Assembly: GCA_965219425.1 (NCBI GenBank)
Contig: OZ244741.1
Location: forward strand, 2,077,330 to 2,141,329
Direction: 5' to 3'
Source of the DNA: Dehalococcoidia bacterium
Lineage (GTDB): Bacteria > Chloroflexota > Dehalococcoidia > Lucifugimonadales > Australimonadaceae
DNA length: 64,000 bases
The position numbers were made by a program, and so were the translations under genes. Every line of letters starts with the position of its first letter. The stretch's first letter is position 1. The notes under the pieces were generated by a model. It saw only the letters and a list, made by a program, of their open reading frames with translations, ran no database searches and had not been told where the DNA came from. Shown piece after piece: positions 1 through 8,960 of this stretch.

Positions 1-37
1 AAGGGCCGTCTCCCATCGGGGGCGGCCCTTCTTCTTT
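1..37 (+). terminator. GC-rich hairpin plus T-rich tail (member of a recurring hairpin family)
   Basis: AAGGGCCG (1-8) pairs with CGGCCCTT (23-30), followed by cttcttt. The same architecture recurs after four downstream genes. Confidence 0.4.
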
Positions 38-95
38 GCCCGCAAGCGGGCGCAAACGGCAAGGCAACAAATCACAGGCACTAAGGAGGTGCACG

Positions 96-569
96 ATGAC
101 GACGGCAACACTGGCAACTGGAACTCGGTCGATGGACACGGTGGACAGGCCCCGGCGCAGCCTCGAAGAGCTGGTCGACCGGCTCTTCGCTGCGATGGGA
201 TTCAAGGAGGAGGAGCCGGAGGCGGCGGAGCCGAGCGCGGCGCGCTCGATCCACGAGGCGAGGCGTCTCCGGCAGGCGGGAGACGTGGACGGTGCGCTGG
301 CGGTCCTCGCCGGCGTGGACGCGGAGAAAGCGGAGACGAAGGAGGCCCGGTGGGCCTTCTCGGAGTGGACGCAGCTGGTGAAGCGCCGGTTCGGCGGCCG
401 CGGCGCCCTGGTCTACAGCCAGGGCACGGGACGGGCCGCCGCGCTGGTGCCCACCGGCGACGGCGGGACGCTGGAGGTCGCTGCGGTCCTGGGGATGCGC
501 TGGCGGCCCGGCAAGGTCGTCAGGGGGCGCAGCCTCCGAGGCCTGCGCCCCCTGAACGGGGGTGCGTGA
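96..569 (+). CDS. hypothetical protein
   Basis: In-frame ATG at 96 preceded by AAGGAGG (83-89). The stop overlaps the next start (ATGA at 567-571). No recognisable motif. Confidence 0.55.
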   Translation: MTTATLATGTRSMDTVDRPRRSLEELVDRLFAAMGFKEEEPEAAEPSAARSIHEARRLRQAGDVDGALAVLAGVDAEKAETKEARWAFSEWTQLVKRRFGGRGALVYSQGTGRAAALVPTGDGGTLEVAAVLGMRWRPGKVVRGRSLRGLRPLNGGA

Positions 570-1618
570 TGGTCACGGCCAACGTGGACATCCCCGCGCT
601 GAAGGCCCGTCACCCCCTGGGCGACACGGTGGAAGCCGCCGGAGTGCGGCTCAGGGGAAGGGGCAGGGTCCGCCAGGGCGTCTGCCCCTTCCACGATGAG
701 GCCGAGGGCAGCTTTACGGTGTACGGCGACTCGGAGCGGTTCTACTGCTTCGGGTGCGGCCTCGGCGGCGATGTGCTGGACTTCATCCAACGGGCCGAGG
801 GCCTGTCGCTGCCGGAGGCCATCACGCGGCTGGACGGCAGCCCTGGGCTTGCGCCCAGGCCCGCCAACCGTCCAGCCGGACCGCGGCACCCTCCGGAGGC
901 CGCGGCGCTGCCACCCCGCGACCCCAACCTGCTGACGGCGGCGGCGCGCTTCTACGCCGGACGACTCCGGCGTCACACGGAAGCGCGGGAGTACCTGGCC
1001 GCACGGGGCGTCGGCCCCGCCGCCGCCGCCCGCCTGGGCCTCGGCTATGCGCCGGGCAGCGGGCTGCGGCAGGCCCTGGAGTCCCTGGGCTTCTCCGAGC
1101 AGCGTCTCAGGGACTCCGGGCTGTTCATGGCGCGGGGAGTGGAGCGATTCGCCGGCATGGTCGTCGTCCCCGACGTCTCCGGCGGCCTCGTCAGCTGGCT
1201 CGCCGGCCGGACCATAGACCCCGACCGGACTCCCCGGTTCCAGGCGCTGCCCGGCCCCAAGCCGGTGCTCGGCGTGGGGCGTCTCGGCCCTGCGCCGCTT
1301 TGGGCGGTCGCAACCGAGGGCCTGTTCGACTGGGTCGCCCTTGCAGGCTGGGGCTTCCCCGCCGTCGCCGCCCTGGGCACCCAGGGCGTTGAGCGGGTCG
1401 CCGACGCCCTCCGGGGCTGCGCCCGCATCTTCCTCGCCTTCGACTCGGACGACGCGGGCCGAGAGGCGACGGAGCGGCTTCAGTCCCTGCTCGGGCGCAG
1501 GGCCGCCGCCGTCGTCCTCCCCCCGGGCGTTGGCGACGTGGGCGAACTTGCGGCCCTTCCCAACGGGCGCACCGCCTTCCTTCGCCTGCTCTGGCTGGCA
1601 GCCAGCTCCGCCCACTAG
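569..1618 (+). CDS. DNA primase, CHC2 zinc finger + Toprim (DnaG-like)
   Basis: Zinc-finger motif CPFHDEAEGSFTVY...FYCFGCGLGGDVLDFI. C-terminal acidic Toprim-like segment IFLAFDSDDAGREA. Internal start of the 89..1618 ORF. Confidence 0.85.
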   Translation: MVTANVDIPALKARHPLGDTVEAAGVRLRGRGRVRQGVCPFHDEAEGSFTVYGDSERFYCFGCGLGGDVLDFIQRAEGLSLPEAITRLDGSPGLAPRPANRPAGPRHPPEAAALPPRDPNLLTAAARFYAGRLRRHTEAREYLAARGVGPAAAARLGLGYAPGSGLRQALESLGFSEQRLRDSGLFMARGVERFAGMVVVPDVSGGLVSWLAGRTIDPDRTPRFQALPGPKPVLGVGRLGPAPLWAVATEGLFDWVALAGWGFPAVAALGTQGVERVADALRGCARIFLAFDSDDAGREATERLQSLLGRRAAAVVLPPGVGDVGELAALPNGRTAFLRLLWLAASSAH

Positions 1619-1797
1619 CGGCTCCCCGCCACCTCCCAGCGGACTTCCCCCGCCCGCCTCCCCCCACTCCCCACTCTCACCCTACAGGAGGTCCTATGCC
1701 CGATTCACGACGGGCTTCGCCCGCCCACGGACTCCCATAGGGGATTCCGCATCGGTCATTCGCTACAGGAACACACCACTCGGAAGGAGACACGAAC

Positions 1798-2691
1798 ATG
1801 TTCAACAAGAACGGAAACAACAACGGAAACGGGAGCGCGAACGGCGTCCACAAGGACACCGCCGTCGTCGCCAGGAACGGCAGCGGGCACAGGTCCGACG
1901 CCGCCAATCTCAGCGAGCACGACCCCGCATCGAGTGCGGGGCTGGCCCTGCTCTGGGACGGGCTCTCGCCCGCCGTCAGTCAGGCGCTCGGACAGCCCCT
2001 CGACCCGGCGCTGGCCTCCCAGCGCAAGGGACGCGCCGGGCGCAGCTACGACTACCTCGAAGGCCACGTCGTCATAGAGCAGGCCAACCGCATCTTCGGC
2101 TACGGCGGGTGGGGCTACGAACTGGCCGGCGACGTCACCCTGCGCCGGACCGAGACGGTCAACCCCCAGACCGGCGAGGTGAAGGTGGAACAGGGCTACA
2201 GCGCCCCGGTGCGGGTCACCGTCGCGGGCGCGCTGCCCCGCACCGACATCGGCGTCCACCCCGTGGCCGAGGACACCCTTGACGGACACGACACGGCCCT
2301 GAAGGGCGCCGTGACGGACGGCATGAAGCGGGCGTTCAGGAGCTTCGGCGTCCAGTTCGGCAACGGGTTCTACGGCGACCAGCCGCAGGTCGGCAACTCG
2401 CCGCAACCGCAGCGCGTCCCCGCTCAGACCAACGGCAACTCCGGTCAGGCACAGGCCAGCCGCCCCACCCGGCAGGCGCAGGGCGGGCGCAGCGAGTCCC
2501 AGATCGAAAAGCTGCGGAAGCGGCTCATCGAGATCGCCGCCGAGCAGGGCCTCGACGAGGACCAAGTGCGGACGGCCGTCACGGACCGGACGGGCAAGAG
2601 CCTCGACGACCTGGACGGCACCGAGCTTGGCCCGCTGGTGGAGGCCGCCGCCAACAAGCTGCGGCAGATGCAACAGGCCCAGGCCGCCTAA
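1798..2691 (+). CDS. Rad52/22-family single-strand annealing protein
   Basis: YLEGHVVIEQANRIFGYGGWGYE ... ALKGAVTDGMKRAFRSFGVQFGNGFY resembles the Rad52/Sak annealase core. N-terminal Asn/Gly-rich tail. Confidence 0.75.
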   Translation: MFNKNGNNNGNGSANGVHKDTAVVARNGSGHRSDAANLSEHDPASSAGLALLWDGLSPAVSQALGQPLDPALASQRKGRAGRSYDYLEGHVVIEQANRIFGYGGWGYELAGDVTLRRTETVNPQTGEVKVEQGYSAPVRVTVAGALPRTDIGVHPVAEDTLDGHDTALKGAVTDGMKRAFRSFGVQFGNGFYGDQPQVGNSPQPQRVPAQTNGNSGQAQASRPTRQAQGGRSESQIEKLRKRLIEIAAEQGLDEDQVRTAVTDRTGKSLDDLDGTELGPLVEAAANKLRQMQQAQAA

Positions 2692-2720
2692 GCCTGCCGG
2701 TCCATCGGGTTCGCAATCCA

Positions 2721-2753
2721 GCGGGGTCGTCTCTCACTTGGGGGCGGCCCCGC
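2721..2753 (+). terminator. intergenic GC hairpin of the recurring family
   Basis: GCGGGGTCG / CGGCCCCGC arms with a C-rich...GGGGG loop, followed by tccttcatt. Confidence 0.4.
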
Positions 2754-2785
2754 TCCTTCATTACAGGACAAGGAGGCTACGAGCC

Positions 2786-3292
2786 ATGACAACGACTGAG
2801 ACCTTGGTAAGCACACCCTGGGGCTGGACACACGACATTGAGGAGCTGGCCGAGGGCGTCTGGCGAGTCTGGACGCCCAGCCACGGCGGGCTGAAGCTCA
2901 GCCGGGAACGGTGGAACGAGCTTCCCGCCGAACTGCGGGACGCCATGTTCACGCCCACCTTCGCCGAGGAGGACTGCGAGGAGCCCATCGTCAGGACGCT
3001 GCTCGGCCTGGGCGACGACAACGAGAGGGAGATGGCGCTGAAGGTCGCGGGCTACTTCGACCGCTACTCTCCGGCCCTCCCCTACCTCCGCGACTGCCCG
3101 CCCGGCGTCCACTACCACGCCATCGCCTACCGGGGCGGTTTCGGGGTGAACCCCTTCGGGCGGTTCGACACCCGCATTGAGGCCGAGTCCTTCGTGGGCG
3201 ACGCCGAGATGGTGCGGGCCTACGGGAAGCTGAAGGCCGTCGAGTGCAGCCGGACGCTCCCGCTCTGCCGGGCGGAGGGAGGCAGGCCATGA
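2786..3292 (+). CDS. hypothetical protein
   Basis: ATG at 2786 after AAGGAGG. Coding-like composition. Stop overlaps the next ATG. Confidence 0.6.
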   Translation: MTTTETLVSTPWGWTHDIEELAEGVWRVWTPSHGGLKLSRERWNELPAELRDAMFTPTFAEEDCEEPIVRTLLGLGDDNEREMALKVAGYFDRYSPALPYLRDCPPGVHYHAIAYRGGFGVNPFGRFDTRIEAESFVGDAEMVRAYGKLKAVECSRTLPLCRAEGGRP

Positions 3293-3693
3293 CCGCGACG
3301 ACACGGTCCAGGCCCCGCACCCTTCCCAGCACAACGACCAAGCTGCAAACGGAGATGGGCAGTCTTTTCGTCACCGTCTCCGTGGACGATGACGGCGAAC
3401 CCTTCGAGGTCTTCGGCTGGCTGGGCAAGGGAGGCAGCTTCCAGCACGGCGTCACCGAGCTGGCCTGCCGGTTGATCTCTCTGCACCTGCGGAGAGGCAC
3501 GCCGGTCGAGGAAATCATCGACCAGTGCCGGGGGATTCAGGAGATGCAGCCCTTCTGGAACACGATGCCCGACGGCAAGAGCGTGGCGATCCTCGGACTC
3601 GGCGACGGCATCGCCCACATCCTCAAGGCCCACCTGAAGGCCAGGGAGGAGCGACAGACGACGCAGGCGGAGGAAGTGCAGGCGGCCGCATGA
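3289..3693 (+). CDS. TSCPD-like domain protein (ribonucleotide-reductase-associated fold)
   Basis: LFVTVSVDDDGEPFEVFGWLGKGGSFQHGVTELACRLISLHLRRGTPVEEIIDQCRGI matches my recollection of the TSCPD domain core. ATGA overlap with the upstream gene. Confidence 0.65.
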   Translation: MTATTRSRPRTLPSTTTKLQTEMGSLFVTVSVDDDGEPFEVFGWLGKGGSFQHGVTELACRLISLHLRRGTPVEEIIDQCRGIQEMQPFWNTMPDGKSVAILGLGDGIAHILKAHLKAREERQTTQAEEVQAAA

Positions 3694-3716
3694 GCCGCAC
3701 GGACACCAGCATCGAG

Positions 3717-3747
3717 GCGGGGCTGCCTCCTTCGGGGGCGGCCCCGC
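3717..3747 (+). terminator. intergenic GC hairpin of the recurring family
   Basis: GCGGGGC / GCCCCGC arms, loop ends in GGGGG, followed by ttctcactt. Confidence 0.4.
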
Positions 3748-3776
3748 TTCTCACTTACAGGAAGGAGGCGACGACG

Positions 3777-4874
3777 ATGGTAACGACGACTACTGACAGG
3801 GCGGAGGTCTTCTCTCGCCCTGCGGCGCGGTTCGACGACGACGGCAACATGGAGGTGCGGGCCTCGTCAGCCCTGGGCTGCCGCCGCGCCCTCTGGTACG
3901 CCGCGACGGGCTACGAGGCCACGAATCCCCCCAGCGAGTCCTCGCTGACGGCGATGGAGGCGGGCAACGCCCTGGAGCCGGTGGTGGTGCGGGCGATGGA
4001 GCGGGCGGGCTGGAAGGTGGATGCCCCCGACCCCCAGGACCCGAAGCAGGTAGCGGTGCGGGTAGGCCCCAACATGATTGTGACCGGCCACCCCGACGGC
4101 ACGGTGCGGATGCCGGTGGAACCGGGCGAAGCGCCCCCTCAACTCTTCCTCTTCGAGGGAGAGCCCGATGCCCCAGTCTTCGGCGACCCGATGGTCGTCG
4201 AGATCAAGACGCGGGGACCGGAGGCGTTCAAGCGCTGGCAGACGCTGGGAGCGGAGCGCAGCCACCCGGCGGCGGTGGCCCAGGCCGCCCTCTACTCGCT
4301 CGGCGAGTTCGGCGACCTGCGGGACGCGGTGATCGCAACGATGGACACGGGGGCTCGCACCTGGGACTGGGAGCGGATTCCCGCCCACCGGCTGGAGAGG
4401 GCCTTGCAGGACGCCAGCGCGTGGCTCGGTGAGCTTGCCGCTCACCACGTCCGTAGCGGGCCTGACCCCGACGCGCTGCCGGAGCGGGACTTCTCCGCAA
4501 CCAGCTGGCAGTGCCGAAGCTGCCCCTTCCTGGCGGTCTGCCTGCCGGGAGCGGCTGAGGTCAGCGAGGACGCAGAGACCGAGACAGAGGAGGTGAGCGA
4601 CGAAGAGGCACGGGACGCGGTGGCGGCCTACGCAGAGGCTCAGGAGTCCATCAAGGAGCCGGAGAAGGCTAAGCGCGCTGCGCTGGACACCCTGAAGGCG
4701 TGGATGCGCCGCCAGGGTGACTCGAAGGCGACGGTGGGGGGCCGGACGGTCACCCTCGTCAGCTCCACCAGGTACTCCGTGAACCACCGGAGGCTCAACG
4801 AGGTCCTCGACCCGGAGGTCCGGGCCGAGATCGTCTCCGAGAGCGAGTCGGAGTACGTGCGGGTGAACACCTAG
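3777..4874 (+). CDS. PD-(D/E)XK exonuclease, Cas4/RecB-like with C-terminal Cys cluster
   Basis: VTGHPDG ... VVEIKTRG ... QAALYS nuclease-like core plus WQCRSCPFLAVC. ATG at 3777 after GGAAGGAGG. Sits between the annealase and SSB. Confidence 0.7.
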   Translation: MVTTTTDRAEVFSRPAARFDDDGNMEVRASSALGCRRALWYAATGYEATNPPSESSLTAMEAGNALEPVVVRAMERAGWKVDAPDPQDPKQVAVRVGPNMIVTGHPDGTVRMPVEPGEAPPQLFLFEGEPDAPVFGDPMVVEIKTRGPEAFKRWQTLGAERSHPAAVAQAALYSLGEFGDLRDAVIATMDTGARTWDWERIPAHRLERALQDASAWLGELAAHHVRSGPDPDALPERDFSATSWQCRSCPFLAVCLPGAAEVSEDAETETEEVSDEEARDAVAAYAEAQESIKEPEKAKRAALDTLKAWMRRQGDSKATVGGRTVTLVSSTRYSVNHRRLNEVLDPEVRAEIVSESESEYVRVNT

Positions 4875-4900
4875 ACGCTCCCCCTGGCGGGAGCGCAGGA

Positions 4901-4936
4901 CGGGGCCGTCTTCCCTCTAATGGGGAGTCGGCCCCG
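4901..4936 (+). terminator. intergenic GC hairpin of the recurring family
   Basis: CGGGGCCG / CGGCCCCG arms. A second small hairpin (cgctccc/gggagcg) lies just upstream at about 4875-4895. Confidence 0.4.
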
Positions 4937-4993
4937 CTCTCATTCAAGACGGGCGCGGCAGTACCGCGCTACTACACACACAAGGAGAATCAC

Positions 4994-5377
4994 ATGTCAC
5001 GCACCATCAACAAAGTCGAGCTTCTGGGCAGGGTTGGGACCGACCCCGAGATGCAGTACACCCCCGGCGGCACCGCCGTCACCAAGCTGCGGCTGGCGAC
5101 GGACCGCTACCGCAAGGACGCTGAGAACGAGACGGATTGGCACAACATCGTGGTCTGGGGCGCCACTGCGGAGGCCGTGAACCAGTACGTCGGGACGGGC
5201 CAGCGCGTCTACGTCGCGGGCCGCCTCGTCCAGAACTCCTGGGAAGGCGACGACGGCCAGCGCCGCCACCGCACCGAGATTCACGCCTCCGAGGTCGTGT
5301 TCCTCGACTCCAAGGGCGGGAACGGCAACGGCGACGCCTCGGACATCGAGCAGCCGGTCGGCGCCTCCCCCTTCTAG
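4994..5377 (+). CDS. ssb: single-stranded DNA-binding protein
   Basis: NKVELLGRVGTDPEMQYTPGG..TKLRLAT...WHNIVVWG..AE is the OB-fold SSB signature. Gly/Asn linker and acidic ...SPF tail. Confidence 0.9.
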   Translation: MSRTINKVELLGRVGTDPEMQYTPGGTAVTKLRLATDRYRKDAENETDWHNIVVWGATAEAVNQYVGTGQRVYVAGRLVQNSWEGDDGQRRHRTEIHASEVVFLDSKGGNGNGDASDIEQPVGASPF

Positions 5378-5418
5378 TCCCACAACCGCATAGCGACGCC
5401 TTCTCGAAGGCGCGCCAC

Positions 5419-5449
5419 GGGGCCGCTTCCATCTACAGGGGGCGGCCCC
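5419..5449 (+). terminator. intergenic GC hairpin of the recurring family
   Basis: GGGGCCGC / GCGGCCCC arms, followed by gctcttgttct. Confidence 0.4.
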
Positions 5450-5483
5450 GCTCTTGTTCTAACCGATACGCAAGGAGGCCGAC

Positions 5484-5990
5484 ATGACCAGGAAGAAGAC
5501 CTACACCAAGGACGCCGTTCTGCTGAACGCGCTCCGCATCAACCTGAGCCTGCTGGGGGAGCTGGCGGTCCGCTACGACGTGGAGACCAGGCCGGAAGGC
5601 CCGGAGGACCCGCCCTCCATCAACTGCCCCGAAGACGTGCGCAGGCTGCTGGGGCCGGAGATGTCCGGCCTGGCCCAGGAGCAGCTTCGGGTGCTGCTCC
5701 TGAACACCAAGAACCAGGTGGTGGGCCAGCGGATCATCTACCAGGGCAACGTGTCCTCGGCCATCGTGAGGAACGCCGAGGTCTTCCGCCCGGCGGTCAT
5801 CGAGGCCGTCCCCAGCATCATCGTCAGCCACAACCACCCCAGCCAGGACCCGACGCCCAGCCCCGAGGACGCGGCCCTCACCCGCGAGTTGGTCCAGGCG
5901 GGCAAGCTGCTGGACATCGAGCTGCTGGACCACATCGTCATCGGCGGTGACAGGTTCGTCAGCCTCAAGGAACGGGGCCTTATGTCCTGA
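5484..5990 (+). CDS. radC: RadC-like JAB/MPN domain protein
   Basis: IIVSHNHPSQDPTPSPEDAALTRELVQAGKLLDIELLDHIVIG is the canonical RadC JAMM motif. Confidence 0.9.
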   Translation: MTRKKTYTKDAVLLNALRINLSLLGELAVRYDVETRPEGPEDPPSINCPEDVRRLLGPEMSGLAQEQLRVLLLNTKNQVVGQRIIYQGNVSSAIVRNAEVFRPAVIEAVPSIIVSHNHPSQDPTPSPEDAALTRELVQAGKLLDIELLDHIVIGGDRFVSLKERGLMS

Positions 5991-6070
5991 CGGCCCACGC
6001 CGTCAGGCTCTCACGCGGGGGACATGCTCCCCAGCGCTTCGCTCTCAACCCACACGCAAGGAGGTCGCAA

Positions 6071-6697
6071 ATGCTGGCGACTCACACCATAGACCCCGAA
6101 GACCTGTTCACGATAAGCGCGGGCGGCTTCAACGCCACCGCCGACGCCTTCGCCCGCGACGACCGGACGGACGGCCTCTGGTTCGTCTCGATGGTCGGCT
6201 CCCAGACGGCGCTCAAGGCGATCTGGGCGTCGCTCCTCAAGCAGCCCCCCGACGTTGCCCACATCATCCGGGGCGCCGACGGGATGGCGCTCCACGGCGG
6301 CTACGAGCGGTGCATCATCCCGTACGAGACCATAGGAACGTGGACGACCAAGATCGCCCGCCTGCCGGCGACCGGGGGCTGGCACGCGCTCGTCTACACG
6401 AAGACGGCGGAATACGGCTACGAGAAGGACTCCTTCCTGCTGCTGGCGCAGTCGGAGGAGGAGGCACCGGCGCTGCACCACCGCTTCCTCGACAAGCGCA
6501 GCCCGCTGCCCCTCCACGGCTCCTGGGCCGGATGGCTCTGGGAGCGGGGCATCGAAGAGGAGGAGATAGTCCCGCTCCAGTCGGTGGGCGTCTCGGCCTA
6601 CCGGTGCTCCCCCAAGGCCAAGAAGCTGCGGGACGACCTGTCCGACGCCGTGGCGTCGGGCAGGCTCACGCTGCCCAGGGAGGCGTCCGATGGATAG
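6071..6697 (+). CDS. hypothetical protein
   Basis: 208-aa ORF on the module strand after AAGGAGG. No motif recognised. Confidence 0.5.
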   Translation: MLATHTIDPEDLFTISAGGFNATADAFARDDRTDGLWFVSMVGSQTALKAIWASLLKQPPDVAHIIRGADGMALHGGYERCIIPYETIGTWTTKIARLPATGGWHALVYTKTAEYGYEKDSFLLLAQSEEEAPALHHRFLDKRSPLPLHGSWAGWLWERGIEEEEIVPLQSVGVSAYRCSPKAKKLRDDLSDAVASGRLTLPREASDG

Positions 6698-7121
6698 GAC
6701 GCTGAAGCGGGCCAAGCGCAACAACAAGCGGCGCGGACAGCGCAATCACGGGGCATGGCAGCGGTTCTCCCCGGACGGGAAGACCCCGTATCCAGTACGG
6801 GGCAGGCTCTGCCGCTACTGCGAGCACGACGGCTCGCAGCACCTGTGCCGGTCGGGACAGCCCCATTTCTTCCGGCCCGCCACGGAAGCGGAGCGGCGCG
6901 ACCCCTCGGTCCAGCTCTACCGCCACACCCTGCCCAAGGGCGGCTCGATGCTGGTGCGGCGGATGACCGTCGCTGCCCACGCCGAGCTCATCACCGCCTT
7001 CTGCGTCGCCTGCGCCGAGAGCATCGGCACCCACCAGGTCCTGTGCTACCAGCGCAACGTGGGCGTCGGAGAGGTGGTCGGCATCGACACTCGCCACAAG
7101 GACCTGGCAATCGCCGCCTGA
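6690..7121 (+). CDS. hypothetical Cys/His-rich basic protein
   Basis: 143-aa ORF overlapping the previous stop. CRYCEHDGSQHLC and FCVACAE motifs. Function unknown. Confidence 0.45.
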   Translation: MDRTLKRAKRNNKRRGQRNHGAWQRFSPDGKTPYPVRGRLCRYCEHDGSQHLCRSGQPHFFRPATEAERRDPSVQLYRHTLPKGGSMLVRRMTVAAHAELITAFCVACAESIGTHQVLCYQRNVGVGEVVGIDTRHKDLAIAA

Positions 7122-7144
7122 CGCGGCGGGAGAGGAGACGGACC

Positions 7145-7408
7145 ATGACGGAGCAGACGTTGTTCTTCACCTGCCCACACTGCAAGGAGCGGTTCGCGCA
7201 GGTCGAGGAGCCGGACAGGGACATTCACACCGGGGAGGTCTACCACTGCGGCAGCTGCGGCATCCAGGTCATCTTCCAGGCAGTGACTGTTGAGGACTAC
7301 GTGCCGCCGCCGGGGGCGAGGAGGGACTGCTACTTCTGTCAGCCCGAACCCTGCCGGTACGGACCTTCCACGACGACATACGACACCAAGAAAGGAGAGA
7401 CGACATGA
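7145..7408 (+). CDS. small zinc-ribbon protein
   Basis: CPHC...(25 aa)...CGSC pairs. Internal ATG of the 6755..7408 ORF. Stop overlaps the next ATG. Confidence 0.55.
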   Translation: MTEQTLFFTCPHCKERFAQVEEPDRDIHTGEVYHCGSCGIQVIFQAVTVEDYVPPPGARRDCYFCQPEPCRYGPSTTTYDTKKGETT

Positions 7409-8454
7409 GACTCGCTGCACAAGCCAAAGGGGGCTACTACCCGACTCCCGACCGGGTGGTGGACCTGATCGCCGAGCTGATCCACACCCCCTCCGGCTCC
7501 TACCACCGGGGCCGGGAAACCCTCCGCATCCTCGACCCCTGCTGCGGGGCCGGGGATGCGCTCCAGAGGCTGGCCGAGAACCTCGACCGGCCCAACTCGA
7601 TTTCCATCGAGACCTACGGCGTCGAGCTGCACCGGGACCGGGCGGAGGAGGCCGAGAAGGTGCTCCACCGCACCCTGGCCGCCGACCTCTTCGCAACGTC
7701 GATTGCGAACGGCGCCTTCGGCCTGCTGCTGCTCAACCCGCCCTATGACTATGACTCGGAGGACAAGCGGACGGAGCACGCCTTCCTGACCCAGACCACG
7801 CGCTACCTGGCCGAGAGCGGCCTGCTGGTCTTCATCGTTCCCAGGCAGCGCCTCGCGGTCTCGGCCCGGTATCTGTCCACCCACTACGGGCGGATGCGGT
7901 GCTGGGCGTTCCCCGACCCTGAGCGCGAGGTCTTCGACCAGGTGGCGCTCATGGGCTACCGGAAGGCCGACCCCGTTCCCGACGCCACAGCCGAGAGCAT
8001 GGTGCTGGAGTGGGCGGTGGGGGAGCCGGAGCCGCTGCGCTCCCAGCGCAACTCCTACTCCTACACGGAGTACAGCCCGGCCACCACGCCGAGCGGCGAC
8101 ATCCTGTTCACCACCCGCACCGTCGATCCGGTGGCGGCTGCAACGGAGGCCAGGCGGTCGGGGCTGTGGACCAGCACGGAGATCACCGACACCCTCTGGC
8201 CCGCGAACGACAACCGGACCCGCCCGCTGATGCCCCTCAGACGGGGGCACATGGCGATGCTGGTGGCAGCGGGCTTCCTGAACAACCTGGTGCTCGAAGC
8301 CGACGACAGGCGCATCCTGGTCAAGGGCCGCACCTCGAAGGACATGGTGCTGGTGGAGGACGCCCCGGAGAAGGAGGTCCACCGCGAGAAGCTGACGACC
8401 ACCGTGGTGGCCCTCGACCTCGACGACGGACGGATCGAGGACATCGCAGCTTAG
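7405..8454 (+). CDS. SAM-dependent DNA methyltransferase (NPPY, N6-adenine type), no cognate nuclease seen
   Basis: YYPTP ... ILDPCCGAGDAL (motif I) ... LLLLNPPYDY (motif IV). Confidence 0.8.
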   Translation: MRLAAQAKGGYYPTPDRVVDLIAELIHTPSGSYHRGRETLRILDPCCGAGDALQRLAENLDRPNSISIETYGVELHRDRAEEAEKVLHRTLAADLFATSIANGAFGLLLLNPPYDYDSEDKRTEHAFLTQTTRYLAESGLLVFIVPRQRLAVSARYLSTHYGRMRCWAFPDPEREVFDQVALMGYRKADPVPDATAESMVLEWAVGEPEPLRSQRNSYSYTEYSPATTPSGDILFTTRTVDPVAAATEARRSGLWTSTEITDTLWPANDNRTRPLMPLRRGHMAMLVAAGFLNNLVLEADDRRILVKGRTSKDMVLVEDAPEKEVHREKLTTTVVALDLDDGRIEDIAA

Positions 8455-8486
8455 ACGGCTCACGCCGAGCCGCGCAACGAGGCCCC
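8452..8486. repeat. about 35-bp direct repeat, copy 1 (starts at the methyltransferase stop codon)
   Basis: TAGACGGCTCACGCCGAGCCGCGCAACGAGGCCCC versus copy 2 at 8775. Confidence 0.7.
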
Positions 8487-8570
8487 GTTGGTTCATTCGA
8501 CCTGCGGGGCCTTCGCTCTATCGGAACGACGCGGAAGACCCCTCTTGCTGAGGAAAGGAGAGACAAGGAG

Positions 8571-8777
8571 ATGCAGACGACCATGACCCTCGACGCCTGC
8601 GCCCGGTGCGGGCAGCCCATCGCCCCCGGCGAACCGGACATGCAGACCGCCTTGGTGGACATCATCGGCGGGCGGGCCGTCTCCTCGCCGGTGAAGGCGT
8701 ACCACCTGAAGGGACGCTGCTACGACGAGTACAGGGCCGCTGAGACCGCCCGCAGGGAGGCCCTGAAAGGGGCCTAG
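8571..8777 (+). CDS. small hypothetical protein (CxxC, possible zinc-binding)
   Basis: 68-aa ORF after AAGGAG. Bracketed by the 35-bp direct repeats. Confidence 0.5.
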   Translation: MQTTMTLDACARCGQPIAPGEPDMQTALVDIIGGRAVSSPVKAYHLKGRCYDEYRAAETARREALKGA

Positions 8778-8809
8778 ACGGCTCACACCGAGCCGCATCA
8801 CGAAGCCCC
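8775..8809. repeat. about 35-bp direct repeat, copy 2 (starts at the small-ORF stop codon)
   Basis: TAGACGGCTCACACCGAGCCGCATCACGAAGCCCC. Confidence 0.7.
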
Positions 8810-8960
8810 CGCCAACTGCGCGGGTCTCGCACGTTCAAGCAACCGCCTGGGGACGTTTCCAGGGACCCGTCGCACGTAAACGTCCCCCACCTGGGGGCGT
8901 GGTGCGTCCAGGGTCCCGGCGTCGTCCTCCGGCCCACCACGGAAAAGGAGGACGACTCAC

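Noticed and set aside
413-1615. 400-aa minus-strand ORF and other long ORFs antisense or out of frame to called genes (e.g. 9123..11138, 7339..8496, 35483..37066, 37200..39080, 49183..50853, 56322..57608, 53700..55076)
   Set aside because: These have Arg/Pro/Gly/Ala-rich shadow-frame composition typical of high-GC DNA and no motifs. Each fully overlaps a gene with strong family signatures on the other strand or frame.
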